The position numbers and the translations under genes were made by a program. Source: Planctomycetota bacterium (GTDB lineage Bacteria > Planctomycetota > PLA2 > JAEUHO01). Taken from it: a DNA stretch of 21,783 nucleotides. Numbering within the stretch: position 1 is the stretch's first letter; the number at the start of each line of letters is the position of its first letter. The notes beneath the pieces were generated by a model, which made no database searches, had not been told where the DNA came from, and saw nothing but the letters and a program-made list of their open reading frames with translations. Positions 6,864 to 15,227 of the stretch are shown piece after piece. Where the stretch lies: assembly GCA_050248855.1 (NCBI GenBank), contig JBFWRP010000024.1, positions 1 through 21,783 on the forward strand. The letters run 5' to 3'.

Positions 6864-9548
6864 TCAGGTGCCCCCGGTCTTCCAGTAGCCGCGGTCGCCG
6901 AGGAGCCCTTCGCTGGCACTGCCGCTGGCCCCGGGCGGCGTGGTCCAGCCGTTGCCCGCGGGCGCCGCGGCCGGTTGGTTCGGGCCGACCTGCCAACCGG
7001 CGGGGCGGTTGCCGGTGCGCCGGGTCTGCGGCGGGGGCATCGCGCCGCGGGAGGCGCCCGCGGGGGCGCTGGTCCGAAGTGCGGCGCGGCGCGCGTTGCG
7101 CTCCGCGTCCAGGCGCTCGGCGCTGACGGCATGGAAGCGGGTGGCCTCGAGCATGCCGATCGAGTCCATGCGGTCCGACGCACTGCCGGAGCCGGGGACG
7201 TAGTACGAACCGTCGCCGGATGCCGGGGGTGCGTTGCGGACGCTGGGCACGCAGGCCGGACGGCGGCTCTCGTAGGTGCCGCCCGAGGCGCCGCCGGTGT
7301 AGCAACCGGTCGCGCTGTCCTGCTGCTCGCAGCCCACGAACTTGGCGTTGTAGATCTCGGTGTAGCCGATCAGCTCGTCGGCCTTCTGCTTGCGCCGGCA
7401 GCTCTCGATGTCGAGGATGTCGAACGCCTGCTGGCCACCATGCATGATCGTCGGCGTCACGAAGAGGAAGAGGCTGGTCTCGCGGTCGCTGCGGCTGGTG
7501 CTCTTGAAGAGCTCGCCGAGCACGGGCAGCTCGCTGACGTAGGGGATCTTGTCGTCGGTGCTGCGCTGCGTGCGGCCCATGAGCCCGCCGAGGACCACCG
7601 TGTGGCGGTCCGGCACGGTCACGACGGTGGTCAGCGAGCGGCGGATGCGGTCGGCGGGGATCTGGTCGCCCGAGGGCAGCGTGCGGGGCTCGCCGACGAA
7701 GGCGCTGACCTCGAGGTTGATGTTGAGGAGCAGGTACGTCGCATCGGCGATGTGGGGGCTGATGCGAAGCGTCGTACCGGCCGTCTCGAATCCGCCCAGA
7801 CCGCCGGAGACGGCACCCCCCGTCGTGGCGTTGGACTCGGAGAACGCCTGCTCGTCCTGCACCTGGATGACGGCTTCCTCGTTGTCGGCCGTCAGGATGC
7901 TGGGCAGCTGCAGGATGCGGCTGCGCTGGATGCTGTTGAGCACGTTGAAGATGAGCGGTACCTGGCCGAAGGCGAAGATGCCGCCCACCAAGCCGCGCGG
8001 CGCGACGTTGGCGTCGCTGTCCACGAAGGGCGGGATGCGGTCGGTGAAGAACGTGTCGCCGTCCTTGTCCGCGAACACCGTCTGGCCGAAGTTGTTGAAA
8101 CCGAAGGCCGACACCTTGTCGCCGTTGACGAGGCCGTTGTCGTCGGCCGCGCCGAGCTCCACGGAGAGCCGGTAGCTGTCGTCGAGCGTGAGCTCGATGA
8201 GGGCCGCCTCGATCAGCACCTGGTCCTTCTGGATGTCGATCTCGTCCAGGACCTTCTTGATCTCGAGGAACTGGCGCTGCGTGCCGGCGATGATGATGCT
8301 GTTGCTCTTCTCGTCGGCGACGACGGCGGGCTTTTCCTCTTCGCGGGGGTCGATGCTATCGCTGTTGATGTTGGCAGCACGGCCCGGGGTTCCGCCCGTG
8401 GAGGTCGAGGATCCGGCCTCGCGGCCGAAGATGCTGGCGGCCTCGATGAGCGACGTGAGCACTTCGGCCGTGTCCACGGCCTCGAGGTTCTTGAGGCGCA
8501 CGACGTGGATGCGGTCGTCCATGACGCCCGTCGGGACGTCGAGGTTCCCTATGACCTTCTCGATCTCATCGATGTCGGCGACGACCGCATACACGATGAT
8601 CTGGTTCGTGCGGGGGTCGCTGATGATGCGCGGCTCGGGATCGGCCTCGACGTCGTCGCTGCTGGCCGGCGGGTTGCGGCCGCCCGGCTGCTGCGAGCCG
8701 GCGGAGAGCCGGTCGCGGCCGGTGAAGAGGTCCGTGAGGATGGGCTCGATCTCGTCGGCCGTGGCGTGCTTGAGCTGGAAGTAGCGTGAGCCGAGCGTGC
8801 TGCTGGGGGGCTTGACGTCCATCTCCTTGAGCAAGCGGTAGACGCTGGCCGCGTTGGGCGCGAAGTCCGTCACGACGAACGCGCGGGCCTGCGGCACCTC
8901 CGTGACGTTGCCGACGTTGCCCTGCGACACGATGCGTTGGAGGGCGGCGCGGGCGTTCTTGAGGTCCCGCATGTTCTCCACGCGAATGGTCGTGGTGATG
9001 TACTGGCCGTCGAGGCGCTCGTAGATGGCCACGTTCTCGTCGGTGAGCTTGACGTACTCGGGCTTCAAGCGCAGCGTGTTCTGGCCGGACTTGCTGTCGG
9101 TGACGAGGAGCGCCTGGAACTCCGGCGGTCCGACCGGGACCATGATCAGGTCGTAGAACGTCAGCAGCGCGCGGGCCATGTCGAAGAGCTGTTCCTTCGG
9201 ACCGGTCAGCTTGAGCGCGCCCTGGATCTTCTCCGTCTTGATCTGCTTGTTCTCGGGGTCCCACAAGATGGGCTTGCCCGTCTCCTGGGCGATCGCGCGC
9301 AGGAAGTCCTGGATGGCCACGGGCTGGACGACGTTGATGGTGCCCGTGTCGCCCTCGTCGGCCCACGCGCGGCCCGTGCGCCCGGAGAGGTCACCGGGCG
9401 TGAGCACGACCCAGGCGGCAAGCGCCAGCGTGGGCAGCAGCAGCAGCGCACCGCCGACCCAGCCGAAGGGCAGGCGCGACGGGCGCGGCCCCTGGGACGG
9501 ATGTGCCGGTCGGCCCAGCCCGCCTCGTGCGATGGAGCAGTCGCTCAC
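6864..9548 (-). CDS. gspD: Type II secretion outer-membrane secretin GspD with long C-terminal extension
   Basis: N-domain repeats (D.RTNQIIV, DEKSNSIII), QVLIEAALIEL, VVLGGLM, KIPYVSELPVLGELFKS, LFLFVTPTI; GTG start with GGAGG RBS. Confidence 0.92.
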   Translation of the reverse strand: MSDCSIARGGLGRPAHPSQGPRPSRLPFGWVGGALLLLPTLALAAWVVLTPGDLSGRTGRAWADEGDTGTINVVQPVAIQDFLRAIAQETGKPILWDPENKQIKTEKIQGALKLTGPKEQLFDMARALLTFYDLIMVPVGPPEFQALLVTDSKSGQNTLRLKPEYVKLTDENVAIYERLDGQYITTTIRVENMRDLKNARAALQRIVSQGNVGNVTEVPQARAFVVTDFAPNAASVYRLLKEMDVKPPSSTLGSRYFQLKHATADEIEPILTDLFTGRDRLSAGSQQPGGRNPPASSDDVEADPEPRIISDPRTNQIIVYAVVADIDEIEKVIGNLDVPTGVMDDRIHVVRLKNLEAVDTAEVLTSLIEAASIFGREAGSSTSTGGTPGRAANINSDSIDPREEEKPAVVADEKSNSIIIAGTQRQFLEIKKVLDEIDIQKDQVLIEAALIELTLDDSYRLSVELGAADDNGLVNGDKVSAFGFNNFGQTVFADKDGDTFFTDRIPPFVDSDANVAPRGLVGGIFAFGQVPLIFNVLNSIQRSRILQLPSILTADNEEAVIQVQDEQAFSESNATTGGAVSGGLGGFETAGTTLRISPHIADATYLLLNINLEVSAFVGEPRTLPSGDQIPADRIRRSLTTVVTVPDRHTVVLGGLMGRTQRSTDDKIPYVSELPVLGELFKSTSRSDRETSLFLFVTPTIMHGGQQAFDILDIESCRRKQKADELIGYTEIYNAKFVGCEQQDSATGCYTGGASGGTYESRRPACVPSVRNAPPASGDGSYYVPGSGSASDRMDSIGMLEATRFHAVSAERLDAERNARRAALRTSAPAGASRGAMPPPQTRRTGNRPAGWQVGPNQPAAAPAGNGWTTPPGASGSASEGLLGDRGYWKTGGT

Positions 9549-9661
9549 GGTGCAGTCCTCCGACTCGGCCGCGGCGGGCGTGCGAGTGATGTCGCGGCGT
9601 CCACCCGGGTGCGCGCCACGTCCCTACGGCCCTCCCGCCGGGACGTCGCCTCCCGCCCCGG

Positions 9662-9690
9662 ATTCTGGCCGTCCCCTGGGGGATGGTCAA
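9662..9690 (-). promoter_or_regulatory. Putative sigma70 promoter for the gsp operon
   Basis: Minus strand TTGACC (9690-9685), 17-bp spacer, CAGAAT (9667-9662). Confidence 0.55.
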
Positions 9691-9793
9691 ACGGCGTTCC
9701 GGAAACGGAGACGGGGCGATGACAGGATCCGAGCTTCCTGCCACGCACGTTCGACGCCACGGGCGGCACCGGCTTCCGCGGGCCTCCACAGGC

Positions 9794-9821
9794 TTGACCG
9801 GGGCCCGGTACGTTCTACCCT
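9794..9821 (+). promoter_or_regulatory. Putative sigma70 promoter for rpsU
   Basis: TTGACC (9794-9799), 16-bp spacer, TACCCT (9816-9821). Confidence 0.55.
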
Positions 9822-9945
9822 CGTCGGCTTGCGGACGGTCGAGCGCCCCCGCGCGCGGATCCATGCCTTCCGGGGGCCCGAGTGCCCCTTGGCGGCCGGG
9901 TGCGCCGGCGGCATGCGGTGGCGCGTCCGATCCGTGGAGACCTCA

Positions 9946-10149
9946 GTGCGAGTCCAGGCCAAGGCGAACGAGCCCCTCGAGAAGACGCTTCGGCGTCTGC
10001 GCAAGCTCTGCAACAACGAGGGCATCACCCGCGAGCTCAAGCGGCATGCCTACTACGAGAAGCCGAGCGAGAAGCGTCGTCGTCGCAAGCGCGAGCGCAT
10101 CAAGTCCATCCGCTTGGCCCAGCGCGCGCGCGACCTGATCGCGCAGTAG
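9946..10149 (+). CDS. rpsU: 30S ribosomal protein S21
   Basis: (M)RVQAKANEPLEKTLRRLRKLCNNEGITRELKRHAYYEKPSEKRRR, the bS21 signature; GTG start with GGAG RBS; 67 aa. Confidence 0.95.
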   Translation: MRVQAKANEPLEKTLRRLRKLCNNEGITRELKRHAYYEKPSEKRRRRKRERIKSIRLAQRARDLIAQ

Positions 10150-10282
10150 TCCCCCCAGCGTCCGGCCGCCTGGCCCGGCGCGCCCGGCGTGGGTGGCCCA
10201 CGTCGGGGCCTTCGGAACGCCCCGGGCCCCTTGACCCGTCGGTCGGCAACCCGGGCGTCCACGTGACCCGGGAGCCCCCGCG

Positions 10283-13200
10283 ATGAGCGAACCGGCCCGC
10301 GCCCCCGCCGCCTCGGGGTCCGGCCGCGCCACCGCCCTGGGTCTCTTCCTCGCGTCCGGTGCCGTCGGCCTCGCCTACGAGGTCGTCTGGTCGCGCCTGC
10401 TCCTGCTCGAGCTCGGAAGCACGGCCGCATCCAGCTCGCTCGTACTGGGTCTCTTCGTCGCGGGCTTGGGCCTCGGCGCGCGCCTCGCCGGCCGTCGCGC
10501 CGCGCCGCTGGCCCGGCCGCTCAGGCTGTACGCAGCCGCCGAGGCCGGGGCGGCGCTGTGGGCCCTCCTGGGGCTGGTCCTGGTTCCGGCCCTCGAAGGC
10601 CCGTACATCGCGCTGGCCCGTTCGCTCGGTCCGTTCGGCGCCGGGCTCGGGCGGCTGCTCCTCGCGGCGATCGTGGTGCTGCCGGGCGCGACGCTGCTCG
10701 GCATGACGCTGCCCGCGGGTGTCGCGTCCTGGGCGGCCAAGCGCGGGGAAGGGGCCCGCGGCACGGCGTGGCTCTACGGCACCAACACCCTCGGCGCCGT
10801 GCTCGGTGCCTTGCTCGCGGGGTGGCTGGCCGTGGGGCCGCTCGGCGTCAACGGGACCATGTTCGCTGCGGCAGGGGTCGGGTTCCTCCTTGCCGCGACG
10901 GCTGCGATCGCGGCCCCGCGCGTGGAGCCCGAGACGGTGCGCTTGGGCGGTGACCTCGCCACCGGCGCCGCGGGCGGCCCCAGGGCCGCAACCACCAGCG
11001 GCTTCACGCGCCGCGGCGCCTGGGTGCTTGCCGCCCTGCTGGGTGCGCTGGGCCTGGGCCTCGAGATCGTCGGCTTCCGCGTGCTCGTGTTCTTCGTCGA
11101 GGGCTTCACGGCCAGCCTCGCCAGCATGCTGGCGATGTTCGTGCTGGGCTTGGGCGCGGGCAGTCTCGTGCTGGGCCCCTGGCTGGCGCGCGTGAAGCAC
11201 CCGGCCCGCGCGCTGGGTGCGTTGCTACTCGCCGAGGTCGGGGCGCTGCTGCTGGCGGCCTTCGTCGTCGTCCCGCACCTGGACGCCTGGCTCGATGCCG
11301 TACGCGCCGGCGCCTTCGCCGACGTGAGCACGGCGCTGGACGCGGCAGCGGCCTCGGGATGGACGGCGCTGGTCGGCTCTGCCGCCCTGTTGGTGCTGCC
11401 GGCGTTCCTGCTGGGGCCGACGTTCCCGCTGGCGGTCTCGCTCGTCGAGCGCAGCGGCCTGCCCCCGGCGCAGGCGGTGGGCTCGACGTACCTCGCCAAC
11501 GCGCTGGGCAGCGTGGTGGGGCCGCTGCTCGTCACCTTCCTGGTGATCCCGCGCCTCGGCGTAGCGGGCGCCGCGTACCTGCTGATCGCCATGGTGGCGG
11601 CGCTGGCGCTCGGGCTGCTGGTGCCGCGAGGCGGGCGCCGCGTTGCCCCCGCGGGGGCGCTGGCCGTCGGCGTGGTAGCCGCGTTCGTCGTGCCCGCGGA
11701 GTCGACGACGCGTGCGCTGCTCGCCACCACGCACGTCGTCCGCGCCAAGGAAGAGGGCGGAGAGCGCACGATCCTGGCGGTGGCCAGCGACGACGTGACG
11801 ACCGCCAGCGTGATCGAGACGGGCGAGGGCGAGCGCATCCTCTACACCGACGACTTCGCCGCAGCCGCGACGGGCCGCCACTACCGCTACATGCGCCTGC
11901 TCGGGATCCTGCCCCTCCTGGAGGCGCGGCGCGTCGAGAACGTGATGGTGATCGCGTTCGGGACCGGCACCACGGCGGGGGCCGTGGCGTCGATCGAGGC
12001 GCCCCGGCGCATCGACGTGGTGGAGGTCAGCGGGGCCGTGCTCGACCTCGCGCCGTGGTTCGCCGAGGTCCACCGGGGCGTGCTGGACGACCCGCGCGTG
12101 CGCGTGCACCGGGCCGACGGTCGACAGGCCTTGCTGCTGGCGGACGCGGACCTCGACGTGATCACGCTCGAGCCCTTGATGCCCTACAGCCCGGCGGGGC
12201 TTCCGCTGTACACGAAGGAGGTGTACGAGCTGGCGCGCGATCGTCTGCGCGACGGCGGCGTGCTGTGCCAGTGGGTGCCGGTGCATGCGATGCCGGCGCC
12301 GCTGTACGTCGCGTTCGTGCGCACGTTCTTCGAGGTCTTCCCCGACGGCGAGCTGTGGTTCTTCGAGCAGTCCACGGCCCTCGTGGCCCGCAAGGGCGAG
12401 GGGCCGACGGCCGAGGAGCGCGAGCAGCGGCGCCGGCAAGCGATGCCGGACCTGATGGCCGCCGGCGTGGACCGTCCCGAACGGCTCGCCATCGCCCGGG
12501 TGGCCTCCGGACGCGAGGTGCTCGATGCCCCCGTGCCGCCGGCGCTGGGCCCGCTCGACCCGCTGCGCCTCGTGCGCGATCGGGACCCGTACCCCGAGCT
12601 CGTACCGACGCCGCGCGCGCGGCTGCGTACGCCCTACCTGGCCGCCACGCTCGAGTACCTGGCGACGTTGGTGCAGGTGCCCGAGGGCGCCGCCGATGAC
12701 GACGACACGGCGCGCCTACGAAGCGGGACACGCGAGATGCTCGTGGCGCGCTACGCGCAGGCCCAGGCCGACCTGCTCGCCTCCGTCGGTGGGGGGGCCA
12801 CGTCGGCGAAGGTCGTGGAGGAGCGCCTGCGCCTGCTCGATCGCGCCGCGGAAGGCTATCGCGTGGCACTTGCCGTGGCCCCCGGGGAACCCGTCCTGCT
12901 CACGCGCCGAGCCCGCGTGCTGCGCGAAGCGGCGCTGCTTCGGGCGGGGGAGGTCGGCGCCCCGTCCGCGGGCGCAGACGACACGCTGGCGGGCCTGGAG
13001 CTGCGCATGCTGGCCGCGGCCCTGCCTGCGCAGCTGGAGGATGCCGACCCGGCAGCCTCGCTGCGCGGCCCGACGATCCGGCGGCTGGTCGCGGCCTTGC
13101 TGGCGCGGGGGCGGTACGCGACGGCGCGGCGCGTGCTCGATGACCAGCTCGCGCGTTGGCCCGCGGCGGAGGGCCGCGCGGATGCGGAGCGCGCGAGGCT

Positions 13201-13876
13201 CGCGAAGCTCGCGGAGGTGGTTGCGAACCCGGACCCGTCGAACCCGACGTGGTCGGCCGACCTCGTCGACCTGCTTGGCCACTCCGGGGTGCAGGGGCTG
13301 CAGGTCGATGGGCTGGGGCTGCTGTCCGGCGATCTGGAGCGTGCGCTCGCGGCGCCTCGGGCCTCTCGCGGATCGGTGTTCCGACGCCTCGCGGACCGGG
13401 CCGTGGCGCTCCTGCTCGTGGACGAGCTCCTGCGCTGGACAGAGGACCTGGACACGAGGCAGGCGCTTGCGGCGCCCTGGCTCGACGCGCTCCGCGAGCG
13501 CGTGCGCGTGGGTTCGGCCCCGCTGGCCGAGCGTCTGTCCGGGGCCTCCGAAGAGGACCAACCGGCCTGGATCGAGGCGTACGACGCCCTGGACCTGATC
13601 GCGCGCAGCCCGGCCGACGTCGTGTCGTACCTCGAAAGCCCGTCCGCCGACGCGCGCCGTGCCGCGGTGACGGCCCTGGGCCGCGTGGCCCGCAAGCCCG
13701 ATCTCGCCCGCTTGGCCGACCGGCTGCTCGACGACGACCTCGGCGTGCGCCGTGCTGCGGTCACGGCCTTGTTCCCGCACGCGCAGGATTTGGTCGAGAC
13801 GTACGACCCCAGCGGCCCCCTCGACCAGCGCACACGCGTCGCCGACGCCGTCCGCGCCCGCTTCTCCACCCGCTGA
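10283..13876 (+). CDS. Fused multi-TM (MFS-like)/spermidine-synthase-like SAM-fold protein with C-terminal helical/HEAT-like repeats
   Basis: N-terminal LFLASG..GLAYEVVW.R, G.TLP and LYGTNTLGA repeated TM blocks; SAM-fold motifs VMVIAFGTGTT, IDVVEVS, DGR, DVITLEP, LYTKEVY, GGVLCQW; C-terminal ARRAAVTALG...L.D.D.GVRRAAVTAL. Confidence 0.85.
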   Translation: MSEPARAPAASGSGRATALGLFLASGAVGLAYEVVWSRLLLLELGSTAASSSLVLGLFVAGLGLGARLAGRRAAPLARPLRLYAAAEAGAALWALLGLVLVPALEGPYIALARSLGPFGAGLGRLLLAAIVVLPGATLLGMTLPAGVASWAAKRGEGARGTAWLYGTNTLGAVLGALLAGWLAVGPLGVNGTMFAAAGVGFLLAATAAIAAPRVEPETVRLGGDLATGAAGGPRAATTSGFTRRGAWVLAALLGALGLGLEIVGFRVLVFFVEGFTASLASMLAMFVLGLGAGSLVLGPWLARVKHPARALGALLLAEVGALLLAAFVVVPHLDAWLDAVRAGAFADVSTALDAAAASGWTALVGSAALLVLPAFLLGPTFPLAVSLVERSGLPPAQAVGSTYLANALGSVVGPLLVTFLVIPRLGVAGAAYLLIAMVAALALGLLVPRGGRRVAPAGALAVGVVAAFVVPAESTTRALLATTHVVRAKEEGGERTILAVASDDVTTASVIETGEGERILYTDDFAAAATGRHYRYMRLLGILPLLEARRVENVMVIAFGTGTTAGAVASIEAPRRIDVVEVSGAVLDLAPWFAEVHRGVLDDPRVRVHRADGRQALLLADADLDVITLEPLMPYSPAGLPLYTKEVYELARDRLRDGGVLCQWVPVHAMPAPLYVAFVRTFFEVFPDGELWFFEQSTALVARKGEGPTAEEREQRRRQAMPDLMAAGVDRPERLAIARVASGREVLDAPVPPALGPLDPLRLVRDRDPYPELVPTPRARLRTPYLAATLEYLATLVQVPEGAADDDDTARLRSGTREMLVARYAQAQADLLASVGGGATSAKVVEERLRLLDRAAEGYRVALAVAPGEPVLLTRRARVLREAALLRAGEVGAPSAGADDTLAGLELRMLAAALPAQLEDADPAASLRGPTIRRLVAALLARGRYATARRVLDDQLARWPAAEGRADAERARLAKLAEVVANPDPSNPTWSADLVDLLGHSGVQGLQVDGLGLLSGDLERALAAPRASRGSVFRRLADRAVALLLVDELLRWTEDLDTRQALAAPWLDALRERVRVGSAPLAERLSGASEEDQPAWIEAYDALDLIARSPADVVSYLESPSADARRAAVTALGRVARKPDLARLADRLLDDDLGVRRAAVTALFPHAQDLVETYDPSGPLDQRTRVADAVRARFSTR

Positions 13877-13886
13877 GGGCCGGTCT

Positions 13887-14010
13887 GTACGGAGTCGCGT
13901 AGGGAGTCGCGTGTACGGAGTCGGGTGAGATTCCAACTTCGGGCCGCCATGCGCTTCCCCATGGGAGGAATCCGTGCGGCCCGAAGTTGGAATCTCACCC
14001 GACTCCGTAC
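13887..14010. repeat. REPIN (left): perfect 35-bp inverted repeat with 28-bp spacer, preceded by two truncated REP heads
   Basis: GTACGGAGTCGGGTGAGATTCCAACTTCGGGCCGC at 13913-13947 with its exact reverse complement at 13976-14010; truncated heads at 13887-13900 and 13901-13912. Confidence 0.92.
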
Positions 14011-14049
14011 GGGGCGTGACCGGCCATGGCGCCGCGGCGAGGCCGTCAC

Positions 14050-15054
14050 GTGCCCCGCGCCAATCGATTCGATGAACCTGGACTCCTGCACCACGTCATG
14101 AACCGGGGTGTGGCCCGGCGAACCATCGTCGAGCATGCCACGGATGTCCGGCGGTTCTTGGCGCTGCTCACGTGCTCGTCCCGACGCAAGCAGATCAAGA
14201 TCTACGCCTACGTGTTCATGCTCTCGCACTTCCATCTGCTCGTCCGCAGCCTGGACGGCAAGCTCAGTGAGACCATGCGCCTCGTCCAGAACAGCTACGT
14301 CCGCTGGTTCAACCGCTCCCGGCACCGGGATGGTCCCCTCTTCCGCGGGCGCTTCCGTAGCGTCCCGATCCGTTCGCGCTCGCACGAGCGAACCATCATC
14401 CGCTACATCGACCAGAACCCCGTCGACGCGAAGATCGTCACCCATCCCCACCTGTACCCCTTCGGCAGTGCCTGCGAGCTCCGAAGTGGGGTGCCCCGCC
14501 GCACGTGCCTGTCGACGGAGCTCATCGAGTGGCACATGGCCAGCATGCCCTTCATCAAGGGGACGCCGGAGGAGGTGTACGACACGCTGTACGGCCCGCG
14601 GCTGAGTCGGGATCAGATCGCCTGGGTCGAGCGTCGTGCGCTGAACCAGCCGGCACCCCGCGACGAGCTCGACGGACTCCTCGAGTCCACACCCGAGGGC
14701 GTGGTGGCCTGGGCGCGCCAGCGTGCCCGCGTGGGCGATGGCACCCGGCCCGGCGCGGCCCTCGTCGGAGCGCAGACGGTGGACGACGTCGTGCGGGACG
14801 CGGACACCGCGCCGTGGTGGATCGTCTTGGAGGGCTCGCGCCCGCGGTCGGCATGGCCGATCGTCCACGCGGCACTCCTTGCGTACCTGGCAGGCGAGTC
14901 GAACGTCGGCATGGCGGCGCGCGTGCGCTGCAGCGCTACGCACGCAGCGAGGCTGCTCCGGGCACACGTCCAGGCGCTGGCCTCTGACACGCACTACGCC
15001 GATCGCTTCGCCTTCCTGGCCCAGCAGTGCCTGCTCCGCGTCCACGGCCAGTAG
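14050..15054 (+). CDS. REP-associated tyrosine transposase (RAYT, Y1 HUH) with C-terminal extension
   Basis: PR..R...PG..HHVMNRG start, AYVFMLSHFHLLV (HUH), FN....R.GPLF.GRF.S, YIDQNP (catalytic Tyr), Y.FGS; flanked by REPINs. GTG at 14050 has a GAGG RBS (ORF track starts at 14026). Confidence 0.9.
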   Translation: MPRANRFDEPGLLHHVMNRGVARRTIVEHATDVRRFLALLTCSSRRKQIKIYAYVFMLSHFHLLVRSLDGKLSETMRLVQNSYVRWFNRSRHRDGPLFRGRFRSVPIRSRSHERTIIRYIDQNPVDAKIVTHPHLYPFGSACELRSGVPRRTCLSTELIEWHMASMPFIKGTPEEVYDTLYGPRLSRDQIAWVERRALNQPAPRDELDGLLESTPEGVVAWARQRARVGDGTRPGAALVGAQTVDDVVRDADTAPWWIVLEGSRPRSAWPIVHAALLAYLAGESNVGMAARVRCSATHAARLLRAHVQALASDTHYADRFAFLAQQCLLRVHGQ

Positions 15055-15059
15055 GCGGT

Positions 15060-15222
15060 GTACGGAGTCGGGTGAGATTCCAGCTTCGGACCGCATGTAC
15101 GGAGTCGGGTGAGATTCCAACCTCGGGCCGCCATGCGCTTCCCCATGGGCGTGATCCTTGCGGCCCGAGGTTGGAATCCCACCCGACTCCGTACCGACGC
15201 CTCCGTACCGACGACTCCGTGC
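15060..15222. repeat. Single REP plus REPIN (right), followed by two truncated inverted REP heads
   Basis: Solo 35-mer at 15060-15094 (2 differences from the left arm); arms at 15097-15131 and 15160-15194 with a 28-bp spacer; 14-nt partial copies at 15195-15208 and 15209-15222. Confidence 0.92.
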
Positions 15223-15227
15223 CGCGT

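Noticed and set aside
5514..8789. 1091-aa plus-strand ORF
   Set aside because: Antisense shadow of gspE/gspD caused by high-GC codon bias.
9178..9945. N-terminally extended 323-aa S21
   Set aside because: The upstream part is antisense to gspD and spans the promoters; the RBS supports a start at 9946.
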